A stretch of DNA of 64,000 bases. Source: Candidatus Falkowbacteria bacterium. GTDB lineage: Bacteria > Patescibacteriota > Patescibacteriia > Patescibacteriales > UBA12465. The notes beneath the pieces were generated by a model. That model did not search any database. It was not told the origin of the DNA and saw nothing but the letters and a program-made list of their open reading frames with translations. A program made the position numbers and the translations under genes. The DNA lies in NCBI GenBank assembly GCA_037137655.1, contig JBAXJX010000001.1, positions 353,188 to 417,187 of the forward strand, read 5' to 3'. Of the stretch, positions 35,432 through 44,167 are shown piece after piece. Numbering within the stretch: the first letter of the stretch is position 1; each line of letters opens with the position of its first letter.

Positions 35432-37216
35432 TTAATCCCAGGTAAAATCATACCAATAATCTTCATCGGCCGAGCCACTACCCGTATGAGATACCAAGGC
35501 TTTACCGACTGGAGTAGTATAAATTGTGCTACTCGCACTATTCCAAAATACACTAAATAATTGCTGACTAGTATTAGCTAGTAATATTAAAATATCATCA
35601 CTTTGATTATCCGGAATTAAACGAACGGTTTCCAACGTAGCCCCCAAAGCGGCAATCGAAGTGCTGGCACTATCCCAAGTTACCGTGCCGGAATTATATT
35701 TTTTCAAAAGCGCCGAGCTAGTAGAAACATCTGAATAAACTGAAATGGCTGTAGTAGTATTTATCCCAAAAGCATTGTCGTAACTGCGTTGAATGCCAGT
35801 GTCTGAGTTGCTCGTTAAAGTATTGTTAGTTGGCACACTTATCGCTGGCGTAAAATCACTTTTGTAACAAATAATTCTCGGAGTAGTGTTCGCGTCTTTA
35901 TCACAAAAAATAAATTCACTAGCCTTAGGGTTGGCTGTAATATCTAATGCTCCAATATTGCTAGTTTGAACACCAGTAGCAATCGCTGTACTCCAGGTGC
36001 CGCCACCACTACCATTGGCCGTAAAAATTTTTAGACCAATTTTTTTGGAGTTAGCCCCTGTATAAATCAAACCACCGATCAAAGAATTGTTAGGGCTCCA
36101 AGCAAAATCCACAAACTTTTTGGTCGCTAGCGGCGCTGAAACATCATGTGATACTGGACCAGACCAATTAGTTAGCGTATAAGTTCCGCCGTTAAAGTAT
36201 TCCGTATTTGCATCCGAAGCTTGATCAAAAGTCGCCACCATCACCTCATTTGTACCTGGTCGATTACGCGCAACAATAAAATTAGGAATACCACCAGTTG
36301 CTAAAGGATTGATACTGTTTTGCGCCCCCCAAGATGTACCATTCCAAATTCTATATTTAGTTGTCGTCGAGTTATCTGAATAAAGCGCCATAAAATCACC
36401 ATTGGCTAAATAGGTTCCATCAAAATTTTGCACATCCAAATAAGTCGTAGCATTCCAACTTGATAGTAATTGTACATTTCCCCAGCTTGAACTAGCGCTA
36501 TTATAAACTTGGCTATAAATATATTGCGTCGTACCATTGTAATGACGTGAGATGGCAATTTTTTCTTGGCGCGAGTTAGAAGAGTATAAAGTTAGAGCCC
36601 GAGCATAACGATTAGTGGTAGAAGTACTTACATCCGCCATAGAAGATGTGGCACTCCACACCCCAGCCGCACTCAGAGTTTGATAAACCATATTTTCATT
36701 ACTTGAAGCGCCAATGCTGTAAACCAACATACCACCATGGGCCGTAGGAGTTGTTGCTACCTGCCAATTAGTTAACAAGGTTGTAAGCGAAATAGTCACA
36801 TTTTGTTGTCCGCCTTGCAACCAAGAAACCGTGCTGGTTACCACTTTGCGTTTAGCATCGATTGTGCCAATTGAAATTTGGCGCGTAAAAATACCTAGAT
36901 TATCCGGAGTACTTGTTAGACTCCATTGATTACTAGAAGTTGATAAATAATATGTCCCATCAACTAAATTAGTGAAACTAGCATCACGAATATTACGCAC
37001 CGCCTCCAAGCCACCTTCTGCCAACATATTGGCGCGCGCTCTATTACCAGCTAAAGTAGTAGCTTGTTCACCATAAAGAAAACTAGCCACCAAAGAAACA
37101 ACCAGCAACACAAAAATTGAAGCGGCCAATAAAACCTCAGTCGTTAAAAAAGCTCGGCGCTTAGTAGTTAACCGTGCCCTTGCTATTAATTGTGAGAATG
37201 CGTGTCGAGGAAACAT
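35432..37216 (-). CDS. Large pilin-like protein, paralogue 2 (594 aa)
   Basis: Collinear with paralogue 1 at a 1750-nt offset. The leader MFPRHAFSQLIARARLTTKRRA|FLTTEVLLAASIFV has Ala at -1. The only in-frame start I found is the ATG at 37214-37216, overlapping the upstream gene by 56 nt. Confidence 0.7.
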   Translation of the reverse strand: MFPRHAFSQLIARARLTTKRRAFLTTEVLLAASIFVLLVVSLVASFLYGEQATTLAGNRARANMLAEGGLEAVRNIRDASFTNLVDGTYYLSTSSNQWSLTSTPDNLGIFTRQISIGTIDAKRKVVTSTVSWLQGGQQNVTISLTTLLTNWQVATTPTAHGGMLVYSIGASSNENMVYQTLSAAGVWSATSSMADVSTSTTNRYARALTLYSSNSRQEKIAISRHYNGTTQYIYSQVYNSASSSWGNVQLLSSWNATTYLDVQNFDGTYLANGDFMALYSDNSTTTKYRIWNGTSWGAQNSINPLATGGIPNFIVARNRPGTNEVMVATFDQASDANTEYFNGGTYTLTNWSGPVSHDVSAPLATKKFVDFAWSPNNSLIGGLIYTGANSKKIGLKIFTANGSGGGTWSTAIATGVQTSNIGALDITANPKASEFIFCDKDANTTPRIICYKSDFTPAISVPTNNTLTSNSDTGIQRSYDNAFGINTTTAISVYSDVSTSSALLKKYNSGTVTWDSASTSIAALGATLETVRLIPDNQSDDILILLANTSQQLFSVFWNSASSTIYTTPVGKALVSHTGSGSADEDYWYDFTWD

Positions 37217-37595
37217 TTGATATTAAAGTGATTGTCCCGGTAGCTACTGGCATCCCGGAAAATTTATTAAAAATAATTTGCGTGCTCGTAGACGGATTAA
37301 CGCTATTGGGCATATCTGCAACCTCGTCATAAGTAGCGTCATGACCACTATAATTTGTTCCTTTAAAAATAGTAACATTGGCGGTTTGGACATAAACACC
37401 CCAAGCGCTGTCGCCGCTAGAAGACTGAGCTAAAGATTGAGCGCGGCGCAAACTTTGAGCTACAGTTACAACGGCCACGTCCAAATCACTCCGACTTTGA
37501 AATGACTGATAAATTGGGATAGTAGTTCCGACAATAATAATTATCATTGCCATTGAAAGAAGGACCTCCATTAATGTAAACCCGCGTTTAACCAT
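37161..37595 (-). CDS. Minor (pseudo)pilin
   Basis: MVKRG|FTLMEVLLSMAMIIIIVG. 144 aa. The start lies 1 nt after the pilC stop. Confidence 0.8.
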   Translation of the reverse strand: MVKRGFTLMEVLLSMAMIIIIVGTTIPIYQSFQSRSDLDVAVVTVAQSLRRAQSLAQSSSGDSAWGVYVQTANVTIFKGTNYSGHDATYDEVADMPNSVNPSTSTQIIFNKFSGMPVATGTITLISNVSSTRILTINSKGTVNY

Positions 37596-37596
37596 A

Positions 37597-38691
37597 TTAT
37601 TGTTGTGAGCCCATACCGCCTAAAAGATTGTAAATTGGCATAATAATTGCTAAGGCCACACCAATAACTGCAAACCACACGATAATTAACAATAGCGGCT
37701 CTAGAATAACGGTTAAATCTCGAACGGTTGTTTCGGTTTTAGCTTCATAATTAGAGCCAACTTTCATTAAAGCATCAGCCAGAGTACCGGATCGTTCGCC
37801 GGCAATAATCAATTTTTGAATTGAACTTGGAATTAAGTGGCGAGAGCCATGATAGGCATCAAACGATTGTTGAAAAGAATTTCCGTCTTCCAAGTTCTTC
37901 CCTAAAAATTTATAAAACTTTTTATAACGATAAGTATCACAAGATTGGATTAAAGAATTAACTGATTGTGTAATTGGTAATCCGGCTGCCAATAAAATTC
38001 CCAACAAATAACCGAAGCGTGACAACTCAACCTCACGCATTAAACGACCAACACCCGGCACAAGAAATAAAATTCCCTGACCAATACGCTTGGACCCCGG
38101 AAAGAAAAAAATAAAATAAGCTAGTGCTGTTATCGTTAAAATTATGGTCGGCACCGCTATCACACCATGACTACCTAGAAAATTAGAAAAAGTGATTAAT
38201 AAGCGCGTAAGCAACGGTAATTGCAAATGAAGTTGCGTAAAAACATTAGCTAGTTTTGGCAATACAAACCAAGAAATACCAACACCAATAAATCCAGTTA
38301 GACCAAGCACAAAAATTGGATAAGCTACCGCTGATCTAATGCGTGATTTAAAAATACGATTTTTTTGTTGCTCAGCACTAATGATTTGTAAATTTTCTGA
38401 AAGTCGACCAGACTCTTCACCGATACGAGCCAAGGAGATAGAGTGATCAGGAAACAATCCAGAAGATTCGAGTGCGCGCCACAAAGGCGACCCAGCCTCA
38501 ACGTCGTCTTTTATTTGAACAATAACTCTTTGCATGTGACGTGAGTCAATATCACCAGAAACAGCATCAATCGCATCAAAAATACTCATACCAGCGCCAA
38601 CTAGTATACCTAAATTTTCCATGAAACTATCACGACTCTTGCCTAAACCGACAGTGGATAGTGAATGACCAATTTTTTTAAAAATATTCAT
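37597..38691 (-). CDS. pilC: Type IV pilus platform protein (GspF/PilC family)
   Basis: Two GspF-type repeats (GSPLWRALESSGLFPDHSISLARIGEESGRL and GNSFQQSFDAYHGSRHLIPSSIQKLIIAGERSGTL) and 3 TM helices. Confidence 0.9.
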   Translation of the reverse strand: MNIFKKIGHSLSTVGLGKSRDSFMENLGILVGAGMSIFDAIDAVSGDIDSRHMQRVIVQIKDDVEAGSPLWRALESSGLFPDHSISLARIGEESGRLSENLQIISAEQQKNRIFKSRIRSAVAYPIFVLGLTGFIGVGISWFVLPKLANVFTQLHLQLPLLTRLLITFSNFLGSHGVIAVPTIILTITALAYFIFFFPGSKRIGQGILFLVPGVGRLMREVELSRFGYLLGILLAAGLPITQSVNSLIQSCDTYRYKKFYKFLGKNLEDGNSFQQSFDAYHGSRHLIPSSIQKLIIAGERSGTLADALMKVGSNYEAKTETTVRDLTVILEPLLLIIVWFAVIGVALAIIMPIYNLLGGMGSQQ

Positions 38692-38695
38692 GACT

Positions 38696-40366
38696 TTAAA
38701 CTATTTTTTTATCAAGATTTATTACTGGTGGTTCAGCCACACGAAGTAATTCATCTAAGGTGGTGATACCACCTTTAACCTTTTCAATGCCATCCTCAAA
38801 CAAAGATAGTGTTCCCTGCTTTCGGGCCAAATCCCAAACCTCGATTGAGGATGGAGACTTCAAAATTAATTCGCGCATCTCTTGGGTGTTTTTAATAAAT
38901 TCAAAAATAGCAGTCCGACCGCGAAAACCAGTGCCGTCACAAGTTGGACAACCTTTACCCTCGTACATTATAGCCTCCTTTTTTCCAAAAGCAGCTTTAG
39001 TCCAATAATCATTTAATGGAATTTTAGAAAGTGGGACTGTAACACTACGACGACAGTTTGTACAAATTTTGCGCACAAGACGTTGAGCTACGATTAACTC
39101 CAAGGTTGAAGACAATAAAAACTCTTCCGCCCCCATATCTAAAAGGCGTGGAATAGCCGTTGCAGCATCGTTAGCATGAAAGGTTGAAAACAATAAATGA
39201 CCAGTTAAAGCAGCGTTAATTGAAATTTCCACTGTTTCCTCATCACGAATTTCACCCACCAAAATTATATCCGGATCCTGACGAACAATAGAGCGTAAAC
39301 CTTTAGCGAAAGTTAAACCAGTTTGTTGGTTTACTTGAATTTGATTAATACCTAACATTTTATATTCCACTGGATCCTCAATAGTAGTAATGTTAACATC
39401 TGGTTCATCTAAAATTTTCAACAAAGAATAAAGAGTGGTTGTTTTACCAGAACCAGTTGGACCAGTAACCAAGATCATGCCAAAAGGTTTATTGGAGGCA
39501 ACTTTAAATATTTCTTGGTTCTCTTGTGATAGACCTAATTCCGATAAAGTAAGATTTTGCACATAAGCCGAAAGAACGCGCAATACCACCTTTTCCCCGT
39601 CAACCGTTGGCACAATTGAGGTACGCAAATCAACAATATTATCAACATCTTCATAGCGCATCGAACCGTCTTGAGCGGCAAAATGTTCGTCGATTCTTAA
39701 ATGACTTTGAACCTTAATACGATTTAAAATATTCTCATAATATTCCCGTGGGATACGACCAGCTTCCTGCAAAACACCATCAACTCGAAAACGCACCAAA
39801 ACACGGTCACGTTGTGGCTCAAGATGAATATCGGAAGCATGATAAGTTAAAGCATCTAAAATAATTTGTTCAATAATTTCCGGAGCAACACGTTTTTGAG
39901 TAGTAATAATTTGAGAAAATCTTGTCGCTAATGATTTACGGTATTGAGCTAAAGCTGAGTCAATATCATCACCACCAGAATAACATAAAACGATTTTCTT
40001 TTTTGGAAAAATTGGAGTTAAGGCTTCAATAATGCCGGGTTGCATCGGATTATCAGTTGTAATATAAATAACAGATTTCTTTTCAGTAAAAAAAATGGTG
40101 CGAAATTGCATAGCAATATCTTGCGGAATCATCATTATTTGCTCATGTGATGGCATGTTAATGTTAAGATTGGCATATGGCACGGCAAAAGCCTCAGCGA
40201 TCGCCTGATCCAAAATATCACGAGAAATTAATCCCTCGGATAATAAATATTCCACAATTGAAGATTCTCTTTTTTTAGCAAATTCTTCGGCAGTGGCAAT
40301 ATCATCCTCACTGACATAATTACCTTTAAGCAAGGCTTGCTTGATTGTAGCATCATCGAATTTCAT
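38696..40366 (-). CDS. pilB: Type IV pilus assembly ATPase (GspE/PilB family)
   Basis: N-terminal T2SE-N domain, Walker A GPTGSGKTTT, Asp/His boxes, tetracysteine CTNC..CPTC. Confidence 0.95.
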   Translation of the reverse strand: MKFDDATIKQALLKGNYVSEDDIATAEEFAKKRESSIVEYLLSEGLISRDILDQAIAEAFAVPYANLNINMPSHEQIMMIPQDIAMQFRTIFFTEKKSVIYITTDNPMQPGIIEALTPIFPKKKIVLCYSGGDDIDSALAQYRKSLATRFSQIITTQKRVAPEIIEQIILDALTYHASDIHLEPQRDRVLVRFRVDGVLQEAGRIPREYYENILNRIKVQSHLRIDEHFAAQDGSMRYEDVDNIVDLRTSIVPTVDGEKVVLRVLSAYVQNLTLSELGLSQENQEIFKVASNKPFGMILVTGPTGSGKTTTLYSLLKILDEPDVNITTIEDPVEYKMLGINQIQVNQQTGLTFAKGLRSIVRQDPDIILVGEIRDEETVEISINAALTGHLLFSTFHANDAATAIPRLLDMGAEEFLLSSTLELIVAQRLVRKICTNCRRSVTVPLSKIPLNDYWTKAAFGKKEAIMYEGKGCPTCDGTGFRGRTAIFEFIKNTQEMRELILKSPSSIEVWDLARKQGTLSLFEDGIEKVKGGITTLDELLRVAEPPVINLDKKIV

Positions 40367-40444
40367 AAATTTATATAATTTCCACTACTCGCGACAAAAC
40401 AGTCGATAACGAAGTATTGAATTTTAACATAAGATTCTAGAACA

Positions 40445-40837
40445 CTAAGCTAAGGCCTTTTTTACATCATTAATAATGTCAGCTAAATGCACATCGGCTT
40501 TAACATAAGTTGCAGTCACACCGAGATGAATGTAGGACTGAATTTTATCCGGACTAGCTGTATTGGAGACCACAAAAATTGGAATATTTTTAAACTTATC
40601 ACTACTTTTCAACATAATCACAAAATCCAAACCATCAGACTCGCCCAAAAGATAGTGATCCAACCAAATAGCATCAATTTTGTCAGGATTATCTAAAACT
40701 GCTAAAGCGGCATGCACCGAATTAACAGCGAAAACTTCGAAGCCAGCATAAGTTAATTTATCCTTAACAACCTCCTGTAAAGATGGTTCGTCTTCTAGAA
40801 CTAAAATTCTAAATTTTTCATTTTTATTTACAGTCAT
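40445..40837 (-). CDS. Single-domain response regulator (receiver only)
   Basis: 130 aa. ILVLEDE, IWLDHYL (acceptor Asp), VVSNT, YVKA. No output domain. Confidence 0.85.
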   Translation of the reverse strand: MTVNKNEKFRILVLEDEPSLQEVVKDKLTYAGFEVFAVNSVHAALAVLDNPDKIDAIWLDHYLLGESDGLDFVIMLKSSDKFKNIPIFVVSNTASPDKIQSYIHLGVTATYVKADVHLADIINDVKKALA

Positions 40838-40852
40838 AAATTTAAAATTAAA

Positions 40853-41221
40853 TTACAATATTTTTTTAACGTATTCCACTACCTCAGCCAAAGTAATATT
40901 AGATTTTATAAAAAAATCTTTAGCACCCAAATCTTTAGCGCGCTTCTCATCACCTTGCTGACTTAAATTCGACAAAATAATAACTGGAGTTTTTATACCC
41001 TCACGATTCATTTGCTCTAACACTGAGAAGCCATCCATTTTAGGCATGATCAAATCCATCAAAACTAAATCAACACTTTCTTTTGATAAATATTGTAGAG
41101 CACTTTCACCGTTAGGAGCTGTAGCTGTTTCAAAACCAACAATACCTAGCTTCAATTCTAAAGCATGGGCAATCGCTCGCTCGTCATCAACGATAAGTAT
41201 TTTCTTTTTAGCTGAAGCCAT
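40853..41221 (-). CDS. Single-domain CheY-like response regulator
   Basis: 122 aa. ILIVDDE, LVLMDLIMPKMDG, ILSN, FFIKS. Confidence 0.9.
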   Translation of the reverse strand: MASAKKKILIVDDERAIAHALELKLGIVGFETATAPNGESALQYLSKESVDLVLMDLIMPKMDGFSVLEQMNREGIKTPVIILSNLSQQGDEKRAKDLGAKDFFIKSNITLAEVVEYVKKIL

Positions 41222-41291
41222 ATATTTTTACAAAAATTTTCTAATATAATTATAACAAAAAATAAACTTTCCGACAAGAAAAATTATAAAA

Positions 41292-42815
41292 TTATTCCAA
41301 TCTCTTTGTACCATCTTTTTTAATCATGCCAGTTTTTGGTAAAAGCACAGTAAAGGTTGTGCCAATATTTTCTGTAGAAACAAAACTAATAGTGCCACCA
41401 CAACTATCAACAATCATCTTGGTCAAATAAAGCCCAAGTCCATTACCAGCCACATCAACCAAGCGAGCGTTATCAGAGCGATACAACTTACTAAATATTT
41501 TCGTCTGATCTAACGAAGGAATACCGATACCAGTGTCGCTCACCGTAATTTTTAAATTTTTACCTTCAATTTTAGCGGTAAATTTAACCTCACCGCCAAC
41601 TGGTGTATATTTAATGGCATTAGTAATTAAATTTTCAACAACGATGTGCATTAGCTGCCAATCAAGCATTATTGGTGGAATGAGTGCGTCATAGTCAAGA
41701 GAAAATTTTATAGACCGAGTTTTAATATTATGATCTTGTTCAAGTATGACGGTATTAACAACATCAGAAAATAAACACTCCTTCGGATCAATAATAAAAG
41801 TCCCAAGCTCGATACGAGAAACACTAAGCAAAGAATTAACTAAATTAATCATTCTTTGATTACCTAAATAAATTTCATCCAACAAAGTTCTTTGGACAAC
41901 TGGCACATCGCCAGCATCACCAGCCAGTAACATTTCTACATACCATTTTATAATTGAAAGCGGTGAACGTAGTTGATGTGAAGCTAAAGAGACGAATTCA
42001 GTTTTAGCTCGATCAATATTTTTTTCATTAGTTATATCACGCTCAATTCCGATAAAATAAAGAATGTTTTTATTTTTATCCAGCGCTGGAGAAATACTGG
42101 CGGTTGCATCATAAACCTCACCGTTTTTACGACGATTATTTAATTCACCAGTAAAAGTCGTTTTCTTATTTTTAATTGTATCCCAAAGTTTTTTGTAAAA
42201 ATCCAAAGACATTGGCATATTCCACAACTTCCCCGCTTTAGTTCCGATAACTTCCGCCCGACTATAACCGGTAATTTTTTCCACCATTTTATTGGCGTAA
42301 ATAACAATTCCTTCTGGATCAGTTATAACAATATGATCAGAAGCATTATCCACAGCCAATTTAAACTTTTCCAAATCATTAACAGCCGTATCAAATTTAA
42401 CCGCTTCTAATGCTAAATCACTGGTACGATTAGCTATTTCCAAGTTTAAACTTTTATTAGTGCTATTTAAATTACTAATAGCCCTCTCCAAACTAAGAGC
42501 TACGGAACCAACTGCCCCGGCCGAGTTTAATAAATCAGCTCCAATTTTTATATCAAAATTTTGCGCACCGATTTCCTTTATAATGCTATCAATTTTTTTA
42601 ATTTTTTTACTTTCCTCATTGGCATAAAAAATAGCCAAAGAAAGCAACAAAATAAAAAAAATCGCAATCAAAATTACAAAAGAATTAACATCAATTAGTC
42701 CGACTACGCCAAAACTGTTAAGTGAGAAATAAATCCAAAAAACTACAGATAGTAATAACAATAGGACAAGCAATATTATTAAATAAACAGCTGATCCTTT
42801 CTTTTGGGTGTTCAT
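41292..42815 (-). CDS. Sensor histidine kinase (2 TM with minimal loop, HAMP-like linker, PAS, HisKA, HATPase_c)
   Basis: H-box SLASHQLRSPL. N/G boxes LITNAIKYT and DTGIGIP, GNGLGL. PAS region SDHIVITDPEGIVIYANK. Confidence 0.9.
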   Translation of the reverse strand: MNTQKKGSAVYLIILLVLLLLLSVVFWIYFSLNSFGVVGLIDVNSFVILIAIFFILLLSLAIFYANEESKKIKKIDSIIKEIGAQNFDIKIGADLLNSAGAVGSVALSLERAISNLNSTNKSLNLEIANRTSDLALEAVKFDTAVNDLEKFKLAVDNASDHIVITDPEGIVIYANKMVEKITGYSRAEVIGTKAGKLWNMPMSLDFYKKLWDTIKNKKTTFTGELNNRRKNGEVYDATASISPALDKNKNILYFIGIERDITNEKNIDRAKTEFVSLASHQLRSPLSIIKWYVEMLLAGDAGDVPVVQRTLLDEIYLGNQRMINLVNSLLSVSRIELGTFIIDPKECLFSDVVNTVILEQDHNIKTRSIKFSLDYDALIPPIMLDWQLMHIVVENLITNAIKYTPVGGEVKFTAKIEGKNLKITVSDTGIGIPSLDQTKIFSKLYRSDNARLVDVAGNGLGLYLTKMIVDSCGGTISFVSTENIGTTFTVLLPKTGMIKKDGTKRLE

Positions 42816-42862
42816 ATTTTATTTTTATAAATAATAAAAACAGAAACAAATATTATTCCTTA

Positions 42863-42871
42863 AGTATAGCA
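42863..42871 (-). promoter_or_regulatory. Candidate extended -10 promoter element for the HK-RR-RR(-pil) unit
   Basis: The minus strand reads TGCTATACT about 45 nt upstream of the kinase ATG. The -35 is weak. Confidence 0.35.
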
Positions 42872-42904
42872 TATTTTAATTTTAGGAGGAAGAGTTTAAC
42901 GGCC

Positions 42905-44053
42905 TTATTTTGTCTTTCTTTTAAAAACATTAAATTTCATGGCAGCTAAAAAAGTAGCAATAGGCATCGACAAAATAATACCAACACTACCAACGAGTGT
43001 TCTAACTATTTCCGTACTAACAACTTCGGTGTTTATCAAACGACTGAACGTTACGGAGTCATGATTTAAAATAAACAACAATAAGAGCGGCAACGAGGCG
43101 CCAGCATAAGTTAAAAATAAAGTATTAATAATAGCACCCAAATGCGACTTACCGACTTTATAAGCCAAGGAGAACACCTTCTTTGATTCTAAGGCTGGGT
43201 TAGCTTCCCTGATTTGTTCTACCGCTTCGATTTGACCAATAATTATATCATCCAAAATTCCAATCGCACCAATAATAAATCCGGCTAATAGCAAGCCCTG
43301 AAAATTAATCTGAGCTGTTCCAGCCCCAATTAAAAAACTTGTTTCTTCTTGGGCCATACCTGATAATTTAGTTAAACTCACAAAAATTACCGACAAAATT
43401 AAGGTTACTAACAATGAAGCTAAAACCGATAAAATAGCGATATGCGACTTACGCTTAAAGCCTTCGCTTAAATAAATTATCGTAGCCAGAATGAGTAGCC
43501 CGCCAATTAAACTAATTATAAAAGGATCATGTCCAGCCAATATTTGCGGCAACATGAATTTAATAATCACAAAGAAACTTATCACCAATCCAAGTAAAGC
43601 ACTAAAGCCCTTCCAGCGACCAATAACAATAACCACAAAAACAAAAATAGCGGTTAATATAAAAATATAGCCCGTTCTAACAAAATCAACTACATAAAAA
43701 GTTGTTTTACCACTATCGTCCGAAAAAGCATCAACATAAACTCGGTCACCGACAGCATAAAAATTAGCATTAGCCACTTCAATTTCTGATACACCAAAAT
43801 AATCAATTTTCTTATCCTCGTATTGACCATCAAGACCAAGAAGTTTTAAATCTTGTTGTTTGTATTTTGAACCATCCTCGCGAGTTTTTTCTTGCACTTG
43901 CATCACTTCAATCACCCGAGCTGTGAAAGTGGCCCCGTCCTTTTTAGTGCTGTCGTTATTATCGCTGCTAGTAGCACTGTCAGCTCGTGATACAGCCGGC
44001 AACAATAAAAACAATATAGCTATTGCTGCAAAAATTTTTCTGAATGTTTTCAT
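42905..44053 (-). CDS. Polytopic membrane protein, YibE/F-like
   Basis: Signal peptide, about 100-aa external domain, then about 8 TM helices. The YibE/F assignment is from memory of that architecture only. Confidence 0.5.
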   Translation of the reverse strand: MKTFRKIFAAIAILFLLLPAVSRADSATSSDNNDSTKKDGATFTARVIEVMQVQEKTREDGSKYKQQDLKLLGLDGQYEDKKIDYFGVSEIEVANANFYAVGDRVYVDAFSDDSGKTTFYVVDFVRTGYIFILTAIFVFVVIVIGRWKGFSALLGLVISFFVIIKFMLPQILAGHDPFIISLIGGLLILATIIYLSEGFKRKSHIAILSVLASLLVTLILSVIFVSLTKLSGMAQEETSFLIGAGTAQINFQGLLLAGFIIGAIGILDDIIIGQIEAVEQIREANPALESKKVFSLAYKVGKSHLGAIINTLFLTYAGASLPLLLLFILNHDSVTFSRLINTEVVSTEIVRTLVGSVGIILSMPIATFLAAMKFNVFKRKTK

Positions 44054-44099
44054 AATATTATTATACTAAATACCACCTTAACAAGCAATTAACCCCGCC

Positions 44100-44141
44100 A
44101 ACAAAAAATGCCAAAAAATTATAGAAATTAATTGGCATTTT
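44100..44141 (-). terminator. Possible terminator
   Basis: aatgccaa (44107-44114) pairs with ttggcatt (44132-44139), followed by a T-run on the minus strand. The loop is long (17 nt). Confidence 0.4.
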
Positions 44142-44167
44142 TATATGGCAATCAGACAAAAAAATGA

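Noticed and set aside
33682-35553. Track ORF extended to 35553 (623 aa). Similar N-terminal extensions occur at 33737, 5250, 5802, 15675, 28505, 56027, 59561 and 12134.
   Set aside because: The extensions overlap the upstream gene or a promoter and translate to implausible peptides. Internal ATGs give canonical N-termini: prepilin leaders, MKILIIEDD receiver, signal peptides, ATP-cone.
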